Source: the human T2T-CHM13v2.0 reference genome, Homo sapiens
Reading direction: 5' to 3' (one strand)
Length of the DNA stretch: 64,000 bases
Assembly: GCF_009914755.1 (NCBI RefSeq)
Contig: NC_060925.1
Each line of letters starts with the position of its first letter. Position 1 is the stretch's first letter. Positions 15,813-28,780 of this stretch are shown here, piece after piece. Under the pieces are notes generated by a model that saw only the letters and a program-made list of their open reading frames with translations, had not been told where the DNA came from and made no database searches. The translations under genes were made by a program, and so were the position numbers.

Positions 15813-16909
15813 GTTGGTATCAAGAATGGCCCTGGAAAGTAAAATCTCAAGGTGGGATTTTGGAGATGAATTACCCAGAATCTGATGGCAAGAAGTACCT
15901 CATTGCTATTGGTGAAAAGGGTAGTAATAATTCTGGCATACAGTGATATAAAAATACTAAATTTTTACCTGATGTTAATTGGAGAAAGTGTAGGATGAAC
16001 TATTGAAATGTGTGATGGCTGTGGTACTTGAAAAATATGGAAGCATTGAAATTATATGGAGTGAGCTAGACTTTGTTAACTGCATTGGAAGACTTTACTA
16101 AAGAAAATGATAAGTTAAGGAAAACTAACTGCCAACTCAAGGCACAGTGTGAAAACCAGAAGCTCTCTATGACAGCTTTAAGGAGACTCATCTCCTGAAG
16201 CTGCAGAACACACAGTGCTGAAAATCAAGCCCACGGTCTAATTGTAAGGGTGCTATAACTTCCAAGAGAGTATATGCACAACCTTCCCTCTCTTATGTTT
16301 GAGTCAAGGCTTGGATAGGAAAAGAGAGGGCTTGTGAAACCAAGAATGGGGCATATGGGTGGACAAGCCTGAGAACTTTTAGATTCCCTTGAACGTTGAA
16401 AGTTGGTAAAAGCAGTTCCTTCTCCCTTGACAGGGAAGAACATCCTTCTCTTGCCTGGAGACCATGTAATGACTTCACCTGAGGTAGGTGCTTTATGAGA
16501 TAATGACTATTCTCTTCAAAATCTTCTGATATCCCTCAAAATGAATCTTTGTCAAAAGGAGTCAAATGGAGGAATAAGTGTAAAATAGGAAATATTTTTA
16601 ATATGGGAGATCTCACCTATATCCTGGCAAGGATACTTACAGCTTCTTCTTATAATCTATTTGGGTGACTCCTTAAACCTTGGACAGATAATGGCCTATA
16701 GTAAATTAGGTGAAGATTTTGGTAATTCTTTGGTATGGTATTGAAGGAGAGATCACAGGGCTCAAGAAAGCAGGAATATTAGAAACAAGGTACTATACAA
16801 GACCTGAGAACCTACCACCTGACCATGTCTTTGAGAAGCTTAGGGACAGCTTTTGCTTTTTTTAATAGTAAGTTAAAATTGCTGATGGGAGATGCTGCCA
16901 AGTAACTCG

Positions 16910-17140
16910 GATTCCTAGTATCAATAAGTTTGATACAACCAGCTTCTGGAAAAAAAAGCTGGTTTGATACAACCAGCTTTTGGAAAAAAAGAAAGACAAC
17001 CCTTATTTATAGCATTTGCCAGTTTCCATGATGTAAATACTTTCATCATGACCATTTTTAAAGGTACGAATCTGACTTCACTAGACATTGAGTTGAGGAG
17101 ATATGCACAGTTCACTAGACTGGCTCCAGCATACTACATG
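16910..17140 (-). mobile_element. MER63-like hAT-Blackjack non-autonomous DNA transposon nested in the provirus
   Basis: Minus strand reads gtagtatgctggagcc...gtatttacatcatggaaactggcaaatgctataaat, matching recalled MER63 consensus. Confidence 0.7.
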
Positions 17141-20100
17141 ATCCTGTCATGTAGGGTGTTTCTTGACTTGTGTATATAAAAAAGAAAAAGTAATTTAGCC
17201 ATCAAAATGGAAAGTCATAGTCCCTCATTTATTTTCTTGATCTAAGGAAGTACATAGACTTCGAACCCAGTGATTGGAGAGAAGACAGAGTTTCTTCTAG
17301 GAAGGACCCTGCAATGCAACTGCAAGTATAAATGGTAAATATTCTTCTGATCCTTCCCAATGGGGACATGTGGCCATTTGCCAGTGTAAAACCAGGAGAA
17401 TATCTTGACTTTTCAATAACTTTAAGAATTGTCACCTTGTAATATAAGTTCTGACCAAGGGACCTGAAATGCCATCGTAGTCCTAAAGTTAGAGAAGGAG
17501 TTTATGGAGGCCAGGTAGTAAATAGAATCCTAGCTCTAATCCATCTTACAATGGGTTCAATGAGTCTGCAGACACATTCTACCATTATATCCTGGTCTCC
17601 AAGTATATATTTGGGATAGATATAGCTGGCAGAATCCTCACATCGGTCCTCTAACCTGTGAAGTAAGGGTCAGTATGATAGTGATAGCCAAGTGGATATC
17701 CTCTGAAGTTGATCAACTCCCCACTTTCTGCACTGACCAAAATAGTACTCAGAAGCACAACCCAGGAGAAATTGCAGAGGTCAGTACGATTATCAAAGGC
17801 TTAAAAAATGTAAGGGTGACGGTCTGATTATATCTTCATTTAATTTACCTGTGTGGTCTCTGCAAAACCAACAAACAGACAAGCCAGGAATTAAGATTCA
17901 TTTCATGCTGGACTAACATAAACTTAAGGAAGTGGTAGTCCCAACCATAGTTATGCTGGATGTGATATCTTCATTAAGACAAACTAACTCAGCCTCTGGT
18001 ATGCAGCCACTGAGCTGGCAAATGCATATTTCTCAATCCCCATCGATAAGAGAATCAAAAGTAGTTACCTGCATATGACAGAAACAGCAGTATACATTCA
18101 TTATCTTTCTCTAGATCTTTGTTAACCTTCCCTCTCTCCGTCACAATATAGTTCACATGGATTTTGATCATCTTAGAATTCCACAGCTTATCATTATGGT
18201 CTGCTATTAATGATATCTTTCTAACTGAACTCAGTGAGCAGGGAGTGGCAAGCATTCTAGACGCCCTCGTAAGATACATGCATATCAAAGGATGAGAGAT
18301 AAAACATAGGAATGTTCAGAAGTCTGATGCATTGGTAAAGTTTTAGGGGTCCTGTGGCTTGGGGCACACAAGAACATTATCTCTAAGGAAAAGGTCAAGT
18401 TGCTGCACTTTGTACCTTCTCCCATTGAGAAAAAGGCACAATGCTGGTAGACTTTGTATTTTGGGATAGAATTTACCACACCAGGAAATATTGCTCTGAC
18501 CAAAATGTTAATGACTCAGAAGACTGCCAGTTTCAAATAGGGCCAAGAACAAAAGAGAGCTCTGCAGTAGTCCAGTAGCAGGATAATCTACCTGCCACTG
18601 GGGATATATGACTCACCATATTCGATGGTGTTTGAGTTACCCATGGTGGATAAGATTGCACCTAATGTTCCGGAAAAAGACTATAACTTCTACAACAAGA
18701 ACTACTTTCCATTTGAAAGACAGCTCCTGGTATGCTACTCGACTCCCTAGCAGAAACTAAATGCCTGACCATGGGATACCAAGTGATCATGTGACTTGAA
18801 CTACCCATCATGAGCTGAAAATTTTCAGATCCACCAAGTCATAAAGTTGAGTGAACAGCAACAATCAACTGTCTCAAAGAAATTATATTTTTGGAATCAG
18901 ACTGAATTAGGCTCGAAAGGCATTAATAAATCACATAGATATGTGGTCCAGAGTTCCATGTCATTAATGTATGCTGCATTGATGTCTATCCTTCCATGCA
19001 AACCTATGGCCTCATGAGGGTTTCCCCATGACCAACTGATGGAAGAAGAAAAACTCAGGCCAGATTCACAGATGACTCAGCAGAATATATTGGTGCTAAC
19101 TGAAAATGAACTGCTGAACTGATGCCACAATGCAGTCCCTTTCAGGGGTGACCCTAAATGTGACAGGGAAGAGAAATCATCCTAGAGGACAGATCTAGGA
19201 GCAACACACTTGTTCATCCATTTGAATGGAAGGAAAAGTGGCCTGAAATCTCCGCCCACCCCCCTCTTCATATATATCTCTATCCATCCATGTAGACACA
19301 CAGACTCTTTGGCATTAGTGAATGGTTTATCTGATTACTCTGGGGTTGAAAAGGAGTAACATCAGAAAACTGGGAGATGAAGGCCTAAGGAATGGGAATA
19401 AAGTATGCAGATCTTTGTGTCTGAGTTAACACCCTCCAAAGAAAATTCACCAGAGAGAAGGCGATCCACAACTGGGTAAATGGGTGCTACATCATGTAAT
19501 TGTCCTCAAGCCTCTCTTCTGCCACTCCAGTCCTGGTACAATGAGCCAATTAACAAAGTGAACATGGTGGCAGGGATAGATGTCATGGGTTCCCATTCAC
19601 CAAGACTGATCTGTAGACTGCCACTGTGCTGATCCCTTGATATGCTACTATTCCTCAAAGAGATTAGGCAAACACTTGATTATGGATTAATTGTATTGGA
19701 CTCTTGCCATTCTGGAGGGGCAGGAAACCATTATTGTTGGTCAATTCCTTCTGAATTCTATATAAGCTCTCGGTGCTGGTTATTCAGAAGGAATTGACTT
19801 ATCAATATATTAACTTACCAATATATTAACCCATGCGGCATCATATAAAACCAAAGGACTTACTTTACAACAAAAGAGATGTAACAATGGGCATATGACC
19901 ATGGGATTTATTGCTCTTACCCATCATCTCCACCTGGAAAGATGCTAGTCTCGTAGAATGATGGAATAACCTGTTAAAGGCTCATCTAAAATTCCAGCTT
20001 GGTGATAATAATTGCAAGTTTGGAGCACTCTCTTCCAGGATGTGGTCTGTGTGTCAAATCAAAGGCCACTAGATAGACCTGTAATCTAATAGGCTGGAAT

Positions 20101-20224
20101 ACATGGATCCAGGAACCAAGAGATGGAAAAAGGATTAACCCTCACAACCCCATTCTCAGTGAACCATGCTGTAGTCCTAGGTTCTACCAAGTTAGAGATT
20201 TTCTCTCTCAAGTGTCAGTAGAGT

Positions 20225-20608
20225 ATGATTCCATTCAGGAACATGACAAGGGCTACAATTAACTTGAAATTATTTTTGCCACTTACTCACTTTGAAATCC
20301 TTATGCCAAAGGACCAGCAGACAAATAATAGGATTCCTGAACTTGTGAGAGTAATCACAAGTAAATCCTACCAAGAGAAGCTAGAGTTGCTTCTACTTGT
20401 AGGGGCAGGAGGTGATGGTGGTGGCAGAAAATATGTTGGAAACTCAAAATATTTTACTAGGAAATCTCTAATGTTTCTGAGTAATAACAATAAATTGGCA
20501 GCTTCAGCAATCATAACTCTACAACAGCTCAGACTTTGTGGGGATGAAATCCTGGCTTACCTCAACTGGCAAGCAGTCCAGACCAACAGAAGTGTTGGCC
20601 AAATTTGA
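20225..20608 (+). pseudogene. Decayed ERV-L dUTPase-region ORF remnant
   Basis: TRATINLKLFLPLTHFEILMPKDQQ...YQEKLELLL aligns by eye with HERV-L TTIPLNWKLRLPPEDFGLLPSLSQQ...YQDEISLLL in ORF 45957-46547. Confidence 0.65.
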
Positions 20609-20908
20609 GAGAAGTCTGGATAGAATAGATACGGCAAGAGAGAGATATGAGTATCAATTACAGTTTGTAACTATAGCTAGCTATAGGGATTGTATCTTAT
20701 TTCTCTAACCCTCTTGCTTTTCATTTTTAAGAGGTTGCACATGGCCACCAATTTGAAAAAGACTCTTTGGTCAATTGTATTTGTATCTGATTTCTCTGAG
20801 AAGAATTGAGTCCATTTTGTTATCACAAAAATGGAAGCTCCATATTGTAAAATGGGAACCAGACATACTTGAGAGAACAAGAATATTTGAGTAGTGCAAG
20901 GGGTGGAC

Positions 20909-21474
20909 TGTAGCAGGCACCTTTTGTATACCACTTGATTCTCTTAGAACTTGTCTCCTGTCTCTAGTTTCAGTCATCACTGTGTTAACCATCTCTGCTT
21001 GAGTGTTGACTGACTTCAAGTAAATACAACTTTTCAGTACCTCAACTTATGCCTGCACCTAGAGCATTTTGCCTCTTGTCATGGGTTTTTCCTGTTGTCC
21101 CTAAGGCTTAGCATGCTATAGGGTCCTGTTTGGCTCCCATATACTTGAAGCCCAAAAGTTTAATGGCCTCCAAAAAGCCAACCCTTGACTAGTGAGAGAA
21201 GGTAGTCAGTGGATAAATTTTTTCCCCTGTTTTATCCCATATGGACTAGGGTGAGATGTAATTTACACAGTTTCTCTGAGAGCTGCACCATAAAATCAAG
21301 CAATTAGTCGCAGTCACAGCAACCAGCTAAATAATGCCTCCATATACTATGCACTTTCCTTGCTTTGAGCTCATTTTCCCTTACTCCTGCTCCCTGAGCT
21401 TGCATTCCCTAATAAATTAGTGTTGCATAAACTTTATCTCATTCTCTGCTTTCTGGGAAACCCAGATGAAGACA
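20909..21474 (+). mobile_element. 3' LTR (LTR33-like)
   Basis: Follows the PPT; tgtagc...ccctaataaa...gggaaacccagatgaagaca. Confidence 0.8.
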
Positions 21475-22709
21475 CTACTTGACAAAACTTCTGTGAGAAA
21501 TATACTTAAAAATAATAGAAATCAAAATGCTTTGCAAGCACATTATGTAATAGCACAAGATGTAACTATTAGCTTATAGTTATTGAGTCTATTTCAAGTT
21601 TATGTTGCAAATAGAGTGGGACAGGAAAATCCATAGGCAGTATAGCAGGTAAACACGCTCTTGTCTCCTCTCCAGTCCATTATTTTGATCCTGGTAATTC
21701 TGATTTACAGAGTGATTGTCACTCCACCTACTCTCCTTCTTAAATTTCCAGGGTTACCTTCTCCAGGAAGGCTCCTGGATTGACATAGCTCCTTCAGCCC
21801 TATCATGATCATCACCACCCCTAAGAAACACAATTTCAGACCACATTTTATGGAAATCCTTGTTGACTAGAATTTCATCTTGTGTATTATATGTGAGTTC
21901 CCTGAGAGCAGAGTCTGAGTTCACCCTTTGGCATAACTTTAGGATAACTTCTAAGCTACGCGGCTGATTCTCCCTCAGGATGGCAGGTTTTCCTAATACG
22001 TTAGGACTGATTTATGCAAATTATTCCATACTTTCTCATCTGAGTCCCTTCTGACCAACAACCTAGGCATGATCACAGGGAGGCAATTTACTGTGGGTGA
22101 CAGTAACTGGGAAAATAGGGATTTGTGGTAAGAAAACTTGACTCAGGTCCTGGATCTACCACTTAAATGCCGCATGATTCTGAGCCTCATTATCTGTCAT
22201 GATTAATTTTATGTATCAACTTGACTGAGGTACAGGATGTTCAGATATTTAATTAAACATTATTTTAAATGTGTCTGTGAAGGTATTTCTGGATGAGATT
22301 AACACTTGAATTGACAGACTGAGGAAAAAAGATTGCCCTCCCCACAACTGGTGGGCCTCATTCAATCCATTATAGTTCTCAGTAGAACAAAAAGCTAAGA
22401 GAGAATTCACAAAAGGTGGAGTAAGAGGGAATTCACTCTCTACCTGACTGTCTTTGAGCTAGGCCATCAATTGTGTTCTGCCTTCCAACTCAGACTTGGA
22501 CTGGAACTTACATCAGCTCTCCTGGTTCTCACATCTTCAGACTTGGACTGGGCTATACCATTAGGTATCCTGGGTTTCCAGCTTGCCAACTGCAGATGCT
22601 GGACTTTTGAGCCTCCATAATGGTGTAAGCCAATTCCTTATAATAAACCTCTCTCTCTCTTTCTGTATCTTTGTGTGGGTGAAGAACCAATAAACAGAAC
22701 CAACAGGAG

Positions 22710-24166
22710 ATAGATATATATAGATATATAGATATATAGATATATATATACACAGAAAGTGTGTGTGTGCATGTAAATATATGCATAAATATATAAAAAT
22801 ATATCCATAAATACATAAATATATATATTCTATTATGTATATATAACAGTGTTATAGATACATTGCATATGTAATATATGTTATCTATGTAACATAATGT
22901 ATTATATTATATATAATATTAGATTATATAATATATAGCACATTATATAATATTTAATATATTATTGGATTATATATTATATACTATTAGATTATATACT
23001 ATATTATATAATGTAGTATATAATATGTTATATAATATACAATATAATATTAGATTATATAATATATGATATTAGATTATATAAAATATTATATAACACA
23101 TTATATACTATATTGCATAATCCAATATTATATAATATATTACATATTATACATTACATATCATTATTATATAATAAAAAATTATATACTATATAATACA
23201 TAGTATATTATATTCACATATCTCCTTTTGAAGATATATGTAATATAGAATATTAGATTACATTAGATTATAATATATTAGATTATAACATATAATATAA
23301 CATATAACATATAATATATAATATATATGACTATATATTTTATATTATATTCTATTTCAATAAAATATTTATATTTTATTATATATTATAATATATAATT
23401 ATATATGTAATAATATATAATATATAATATATAATATATATTTTATATTATATTTTATATTTATTTTTATATTTTATATTATATTTTATTTTAATAAAAT
23501 ATTTATATTTTATTATATATATTATAATATATAATTATATATGCAATAATATATTATATATTATAATATATAATTATATATGCAATAATATATTATAGAT
23601 TATAATATATAATTATATATGCAATAATATATTATAGATTATAATATATAATTATATATGCAATAATATATTATAGATTAGATAATATATAATATATATT
23701 ATAACATATAATATATAACATATAATATATAATATATTATCTAATATATAACATATAATATATAATATATTATATAATATATTATTACATATATAATATA
23801 TTGTAATATATAATATTACATATATCTTCAAAAAGAGTTATGTGTATATAATACATATATATACCATATTATTGTATACATAATATATACATAAAATATT
23901 ATATAATATGTATAATACTTTCTATCATATATTATATATACATATATATCTCCAGAAGGACATATATATAACAGTATATGTATATGTATAATATATATTA
24001 TATAATTCTATATATTATATAGAGTATATATAGATATAGATCTATATAGATATATGTATATATAATATATAATATATGATAGAATGTATTATACCTATTA
24101 TATATTATATGCTATATAGAATACATAGTATTATATAATATATATAATATATACATATATTATGTA
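22710..24166. repeat. About 1.45 kb TA-rich low-complexity array with an internal 39-bp tandem unit
   Basis: Almost pure A/T; gcaat landmarks at 23543, 23582, 23621 and 23660 give a 39-bp period. Confidence 0.97.
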
Positions 24167-25156
24167 CAGGTGTATCTCAGAGATATTGCCTGTTCTGCTC
24201 CAGACCACCAAAATAAAGCAAATATTGCAATAGAGTGAATCACATGAACTTTTTGGTTTTCCAGTGCATATAAAAGTTATGTTTACACTATTAAGTGTGC
24301 AATAACATTATATCTAAAAAATGTACATACCTCAGTTTAAAAATACTTTATTGCTAAAAAATACTAATGATATCTGAGCTTTCACTAAGTCATAATCTTT
24401 TTGCTGACAGAGTGTCTTGCCTCAGTGTTGATGGCTGCTGACTGATCAGGGTGGTGGTTGCTGAAGATTGGAATAACTGTGGCAATTTCTTAAGAAAAGG
24501 CAACAATGAAGTTTTCTGCATCAATTAACTTCCTTTCACAAAAGATTTCTCTATACCATGGGATGCTGTTTGATAGCATTTTTCCCACAGAATCTTTTGA
24601 AAAATGATGTCACTCCTTTCGAAAACTGCCACTGCTTTATCAACTAAGTTTATGTAATATTCTAAACCCTTTGTTGTCATTTCAACAATGTTACATCATC
24701 TTCACCAGAAGTAGATTCCACATCAAGAAACAAATTTCTTTGCTCATCCCTAAGAAGCAGCTCCTTATCTATTCACATTTGATCATGAGATTGCAGCAAC
24801 TCAGTCACATCTTCAGACTCCACTTCTCATTCTAGTTCTCTTGCTATTTCTACCATATCTGCAGTTATTTCCTCCACTAAAGTCTTCCTTCCTCAAAGTC
24901 ATCCATGAGCATTGGAATCAACTTCTTTCAAATTCCTATTAAGGCTGACATTTTGACCTTCTCCTGTGAATCACGAATGTCCTTAAATCTAGAATGGTGA
25001 ATCCATTCTAGAAGCCTGTCAATTTATTTTGCCCAGATCCTTCAGAGAAATCACTGTTGGCAGCCTTATGAAATGTTTTCTGAAATAACAACACTTGAAA
25101 GTCAAAATGACTGCTTGATCTGTGGGCTGCAGGATGGATGTTGTGTTAGCAGGCAT

Positions 25157-25978
25157 TGGGAAAATCTCAAATACACTCAAAAGTGCTTTTTTCCTATTCT
25201 CTCAATATAACAATCATCAACAAAAAGGAAGACTTCTGTGACAAAATTTGTGGGGGGTTTCTCCCTACCACCAAATGACTAATCAGTTCTGCAGCAGACA
25301 CCCACAGGGTGTTCTCCAATTCAATTCCAGCACTATCTACCTGAAGTTAGTGTCAGATCCCACAGGTTTGGGGCTCAGTCCCCAAAATTTCCCCTGCTCC
25401 TGACACCAATCACAAGTCCACACCTCCCAAACTTCTCACTCACTGGCATCAAATTGGAGTTCCCACAATCTCCTCTTTGGGTTTGGTTAATTTTACTGGA
25501 GTGTCTCACAGCACTCAGGGGAACACTCATATTTATCAGTTTATTGTAAAGAACATTGCAAAAAATACAGATGAAGAGATGCCTAGGATGAGGCATATGA
25601 GAAGGGGCACAGAGCTTCCATGCACTCTCTGGGTGTGCTACTTTTCGGAAGCCTCCATGAGTCCACCTATCTGGGAGCTCTCCAGGACCCTGTTCTTTTG
25701 GGTTTTTATGAAGTCTTTATTATGTAGGTCTGATTGATTAAACCATTGATCATTGATGATCAACTTGACCTTCAGCCCCTATGCCCTTCCCCAGAGGTTG
25801 GGGAGTGGGGCTGAATGCTTTATTAATGCCTTTGTCTTCCTAGTGACCAGCCCTATCCTGAAGTTAGCTGTCAATCATTAGCATACATAAAGACATCACT
25901 TTGGAGATTCCAAGGATTTTAGAAGTTGTATGTCAGGAAACAGGGAGGAAGGCCAAATATATATTTCACAATATCACA
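25157..25978 (-). mobile_element. MER21 solo LTR nested in Tigger1
   Basis: Minus strand starts tgtgatattgtgaaatatatatttggcc; typical tcagatcccacaggtttggggctcagtcccc; caggcat duplicated on both flanks. Confidence 0.85.
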
Positions 25979-26228
25979 CCAGGCATGAAAACAACATTCA
26001 TTTTCTTGTAGATCTCCATCAGAGATCTTGGATGACTAGATATATTGTCAATGAGCAGTAATATTTTGAAAGGAATCTTTTTTTCTGAGCAGTAGGTCTC
26101 AACTGTGAGCTGAAAATATTCAGTAAATCATGCTATAAATAGATGTGCTATCACTCATGCTTTGTTGTTCCATTTATAGAGCACAGACAGAGTAGACTTG
26201 GCAAATTCTTAAGGGCTCTAGGATTTTT

Positions 26229-28487
26229 AAATTCATTCCTCTTTTTATTTTTAATGCCTCTATTGTAGGTCTTTGTGTTATGATTTCCAAGAGGTTTACA
26301 AAAACCATCTTATGGATAAAACAAGTTAATTTAAAGAGATGACAACTTATCGTACATCACAAATAAAAGAATAGAAACAAAGAAAAAATAAAAAGTGAAA
26401 ACTTCTACACTTTAACCGCATCCCTATGCCACATTTTGACTTTCAGTTGTCCCAATTTACACATTTTTATATTACCTATTTCTTGACAGGTTGTAGTAGC
26501 TATTAATGTTTTTGATAGATTTGTGTTTTGGGATTCATACTGAAGTAATGAGTTGATTGCACACCATAATTAGAGAATTAAAACTTTCTGGGCTTGTCCA
26601 TAGTCTTCATTTTACCAGTGGGTTTTATGCTTTTTTTGCACATTAGTGGTTTTTTTCTTTCAAACTGGGGAACTCCCTTTAGCATTTCTTGTAAGATAGT
26701 TCTGATGGTTGGGAAGTGTCTCAGCTTTTGTTTATCTGGGAAAGACTTTATCTTTCCTTCAAATTTGAATGATAACTTGGCTGGATACAATATTTTTTGA
26801 TGACAGCTCTTTTTTTTCTTTCAGCACTTTGGAAATATAGTTCCACTCCCTCCTGGCCTGCATGATTTCTGTTTAGAAGTCTGTCACCAGACCAACTGAA
26901 GCTTCTTTATGTATTATTTACTTCTTTTCTCTTTCTGCTTTTAGAACTCTCTCTTTGTCCTTGACCTGTGAGAGTTTGATCATTATATGCCTTAGGGCAG
27001 TCTTATTTGGGTCATATCTGTTTGGTGTTCTCTGGCCTTCCTGTACCTGGATATTTATATCTTTCTCAAGTTTTGAAAAGTTTTCTGTTAATATTTCTTT
27101 GAATAATCTACCCCTTGCTCTTGCTCAACTCCCTCTTGAACACCAGTGATTCTTAGACTTAGTATTTTGAGATAATTTTCTGTATCTTACATGTAATTTT
27201 CTCCTCAAACTGTGTATTTTCTTTCTTTTTTTATTATACTTTAAATTTTAGGGTACATGTGCACAACGTGCAAGTTAGTTACATATGTATACATGTGCCA
27301 TGTTGGTGTGCTGCACCCAGTAACTTGTCATTTAACATTAGGTATATCTCCAAATGCTATCCCTCTTGTCTTTGAATTCACTGATCCCTTACTCTGCTTG
27401 ATCTATTCTGCTTTTGAGAGCCTCGAATAAATTTTTCAGTTCAGCAAATATATTTCTCAGTTCCAAGGTTTCTGGTTTTTATTAATTATTGTTTCAATCT
27501 CTTTGTTAAATTTCCCTGTTAAATTTCTGAATTGCTTTTCTGTGATATCTTGGAGATCACTGAGTTTCCTTAAAGCTGCTCTTTTGAATTCTTGCTCAGA
27601 GACCTCACATATCACCATCTCATTAGAATCAGTTGCTGGTCCCTTGTTTTGTCCAGTTAGGGAGCTCATGGTTCCCTGTTTGCTGCTGTTTCTTGTGGAT
27701 GTATGTCTATGTCTTTGCACTGAATAATTAGTTACTTATTCTAGTCTTCTTTATCTGGGTTGTTCTGTTTTTCATTGGATATATTTGCTTAGAGGTTCTT
27801 TACCACTAGGTCACTGCCTCCCTTTTGGTTCTAAGGTGGTGCCTTAAGCCCAGATTCGCCTTGGCTCTAGTAAATGATCAGAGCACTGACCTTCCTGAAT
27901 GGGGGAGGTCCCAAAGGGGTTGTCCTGGCCATGTGGGAAGGCTGGCTAGGGGACCTGTGTGATAAACCTCCTACTGCATGGTGCTGCTCAACAGCAACTC
28001 TTATTTGGCATCTCCTTTGGCTGTGTTACAGAGCAGAGCCTCCGTGACTGAGGGTGGTAGTCCCATCTCCCTCCTTTGTTTCTGCCTGTCCTCAGGGATA
28101 TTTCTCCCTTCAGGCACTCACAATGTTTCCCATGGGTTAAGGCAGGGATAAATCTCCTTTCAGGAAATCCAAGATAATAGGGAAACTTGTTGTCCACCTC
28201 TATCTCAGTTTTTCTAGTATAGAGTAATTTGGGTGGGGGTTATTTTCATACATTTGGTGCAGGGAAGAATGTGGGGAGAGGCATCACAGATGTGGCAGTC
28301 CAATTCTCTTACTATCTACTTCAAGTTTTTTCACGTCTTTGTAGCCCCAGAAACTATCTTATCTTCATATTTGAGTTCTGGGATATCACTGGTGATAAAT
28401 GCAACACTGTATATTTGTTTTTGGTTTTTGGTTGGGAGAGTGATGCCAGCTTCTTTCTATGCCACAATTTTGGAATCAGAAGTCTCC
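26229..28487 (-). mobile_element. Old L1 (L1M/L1MA-type) 5' half: 5'UTR, ORF1 and inter-ORF sequence, nested in Tigger1
   Basis: ORF1p remnants YPAKLSFKFEGKIKSFPDKQKLR (26578-26790) and EVSEQEFKRAALRKLSDLQDITEKQF (27457-27720); flanked by a degenerate duplication agggctctaggattttt / agggtcctgggattttt. Confidence 0.85.
27220..27365 (-). mobile_element. Young L1PA 3'-terminal fragment (~145 bp)
   Basis: ttattatactttaaattttagggtacatgtgcacaacgtgca...gctatccctc is the L1PA 3' UTR end. Confidence 0.92.
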
Positions 28488-28780
28488 TAGGGTCCTGGGA
28501 TTTTTGAATGATAGACGAGCATTAGCTTCAACTTAAAGTAATCAGGTGCATTAGCTCCGAACAAGAGATTCAGCCTGCCTTTTAAAATTTTGAAGCCAGG
28601 CATGGATTTCTCCTCTCTAGCTACGAAAGTCCTAGATGGTATCTTTTCCCAATATAAGGTTGTTTTGTCTACATTGAAGATCTGTTGTTTAGTGTAGCCA
28701 TTTTCCACAATTATCTTAGCTAGATCTTCAGGATAACTTGATGCAGCTTCTACATCAGTGCTTGCTTCCCTACCTTGCAC
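28487..28780 (-). pseudogene. Tigger1 transposase remnant (DDE domain region)
   Basis: YPEDLAKII...[37 protein letters not shown] matches pogo/Tigger/CENP-B family transposases (first catalytic D in FNxDET). Confidence 0.9.

Larger units (their letters stand above)
15214..21474 (+). mobile_element. Ancient full-length ERV-L class provirus (LTR33-type LTRs, ERV3-16A3/ERVL-E-like internal region)
   Basis: 5' LTR 15214-15812, Leu-type PBS tggtatcaagaatgg 15815-15829, decayed gag/pol/dUTPase colinear with the HERV-L in this window, PPT aaggggtggac before 3' LTR 20909-21474, exact TSD CTACT at 15209-15213 and 21475-21479. Confidence 0.88.

Noticed and set aside
20225-20608. Possible domesticated retroviral gene
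   Set aside because: Only the N-terminal half resembles dUTPase, the catalytic motifs are degenerate, and neighbouring pol sequence is heavily disrupted.
23523-23680. 39-bp periodic array superficially like a CRISPR array
   Set aside because: Head-to-tail units with no unique spacers, in eukaryotic TA-rich DNA with no cas genes; it is a minisatellite.
28487-28780. Possible TIGD/CENP-B-like gene
   Set aside because: Fragment of an ordinary Tigger1 copy that is frameshifted and interrupted by L1 and MER21.
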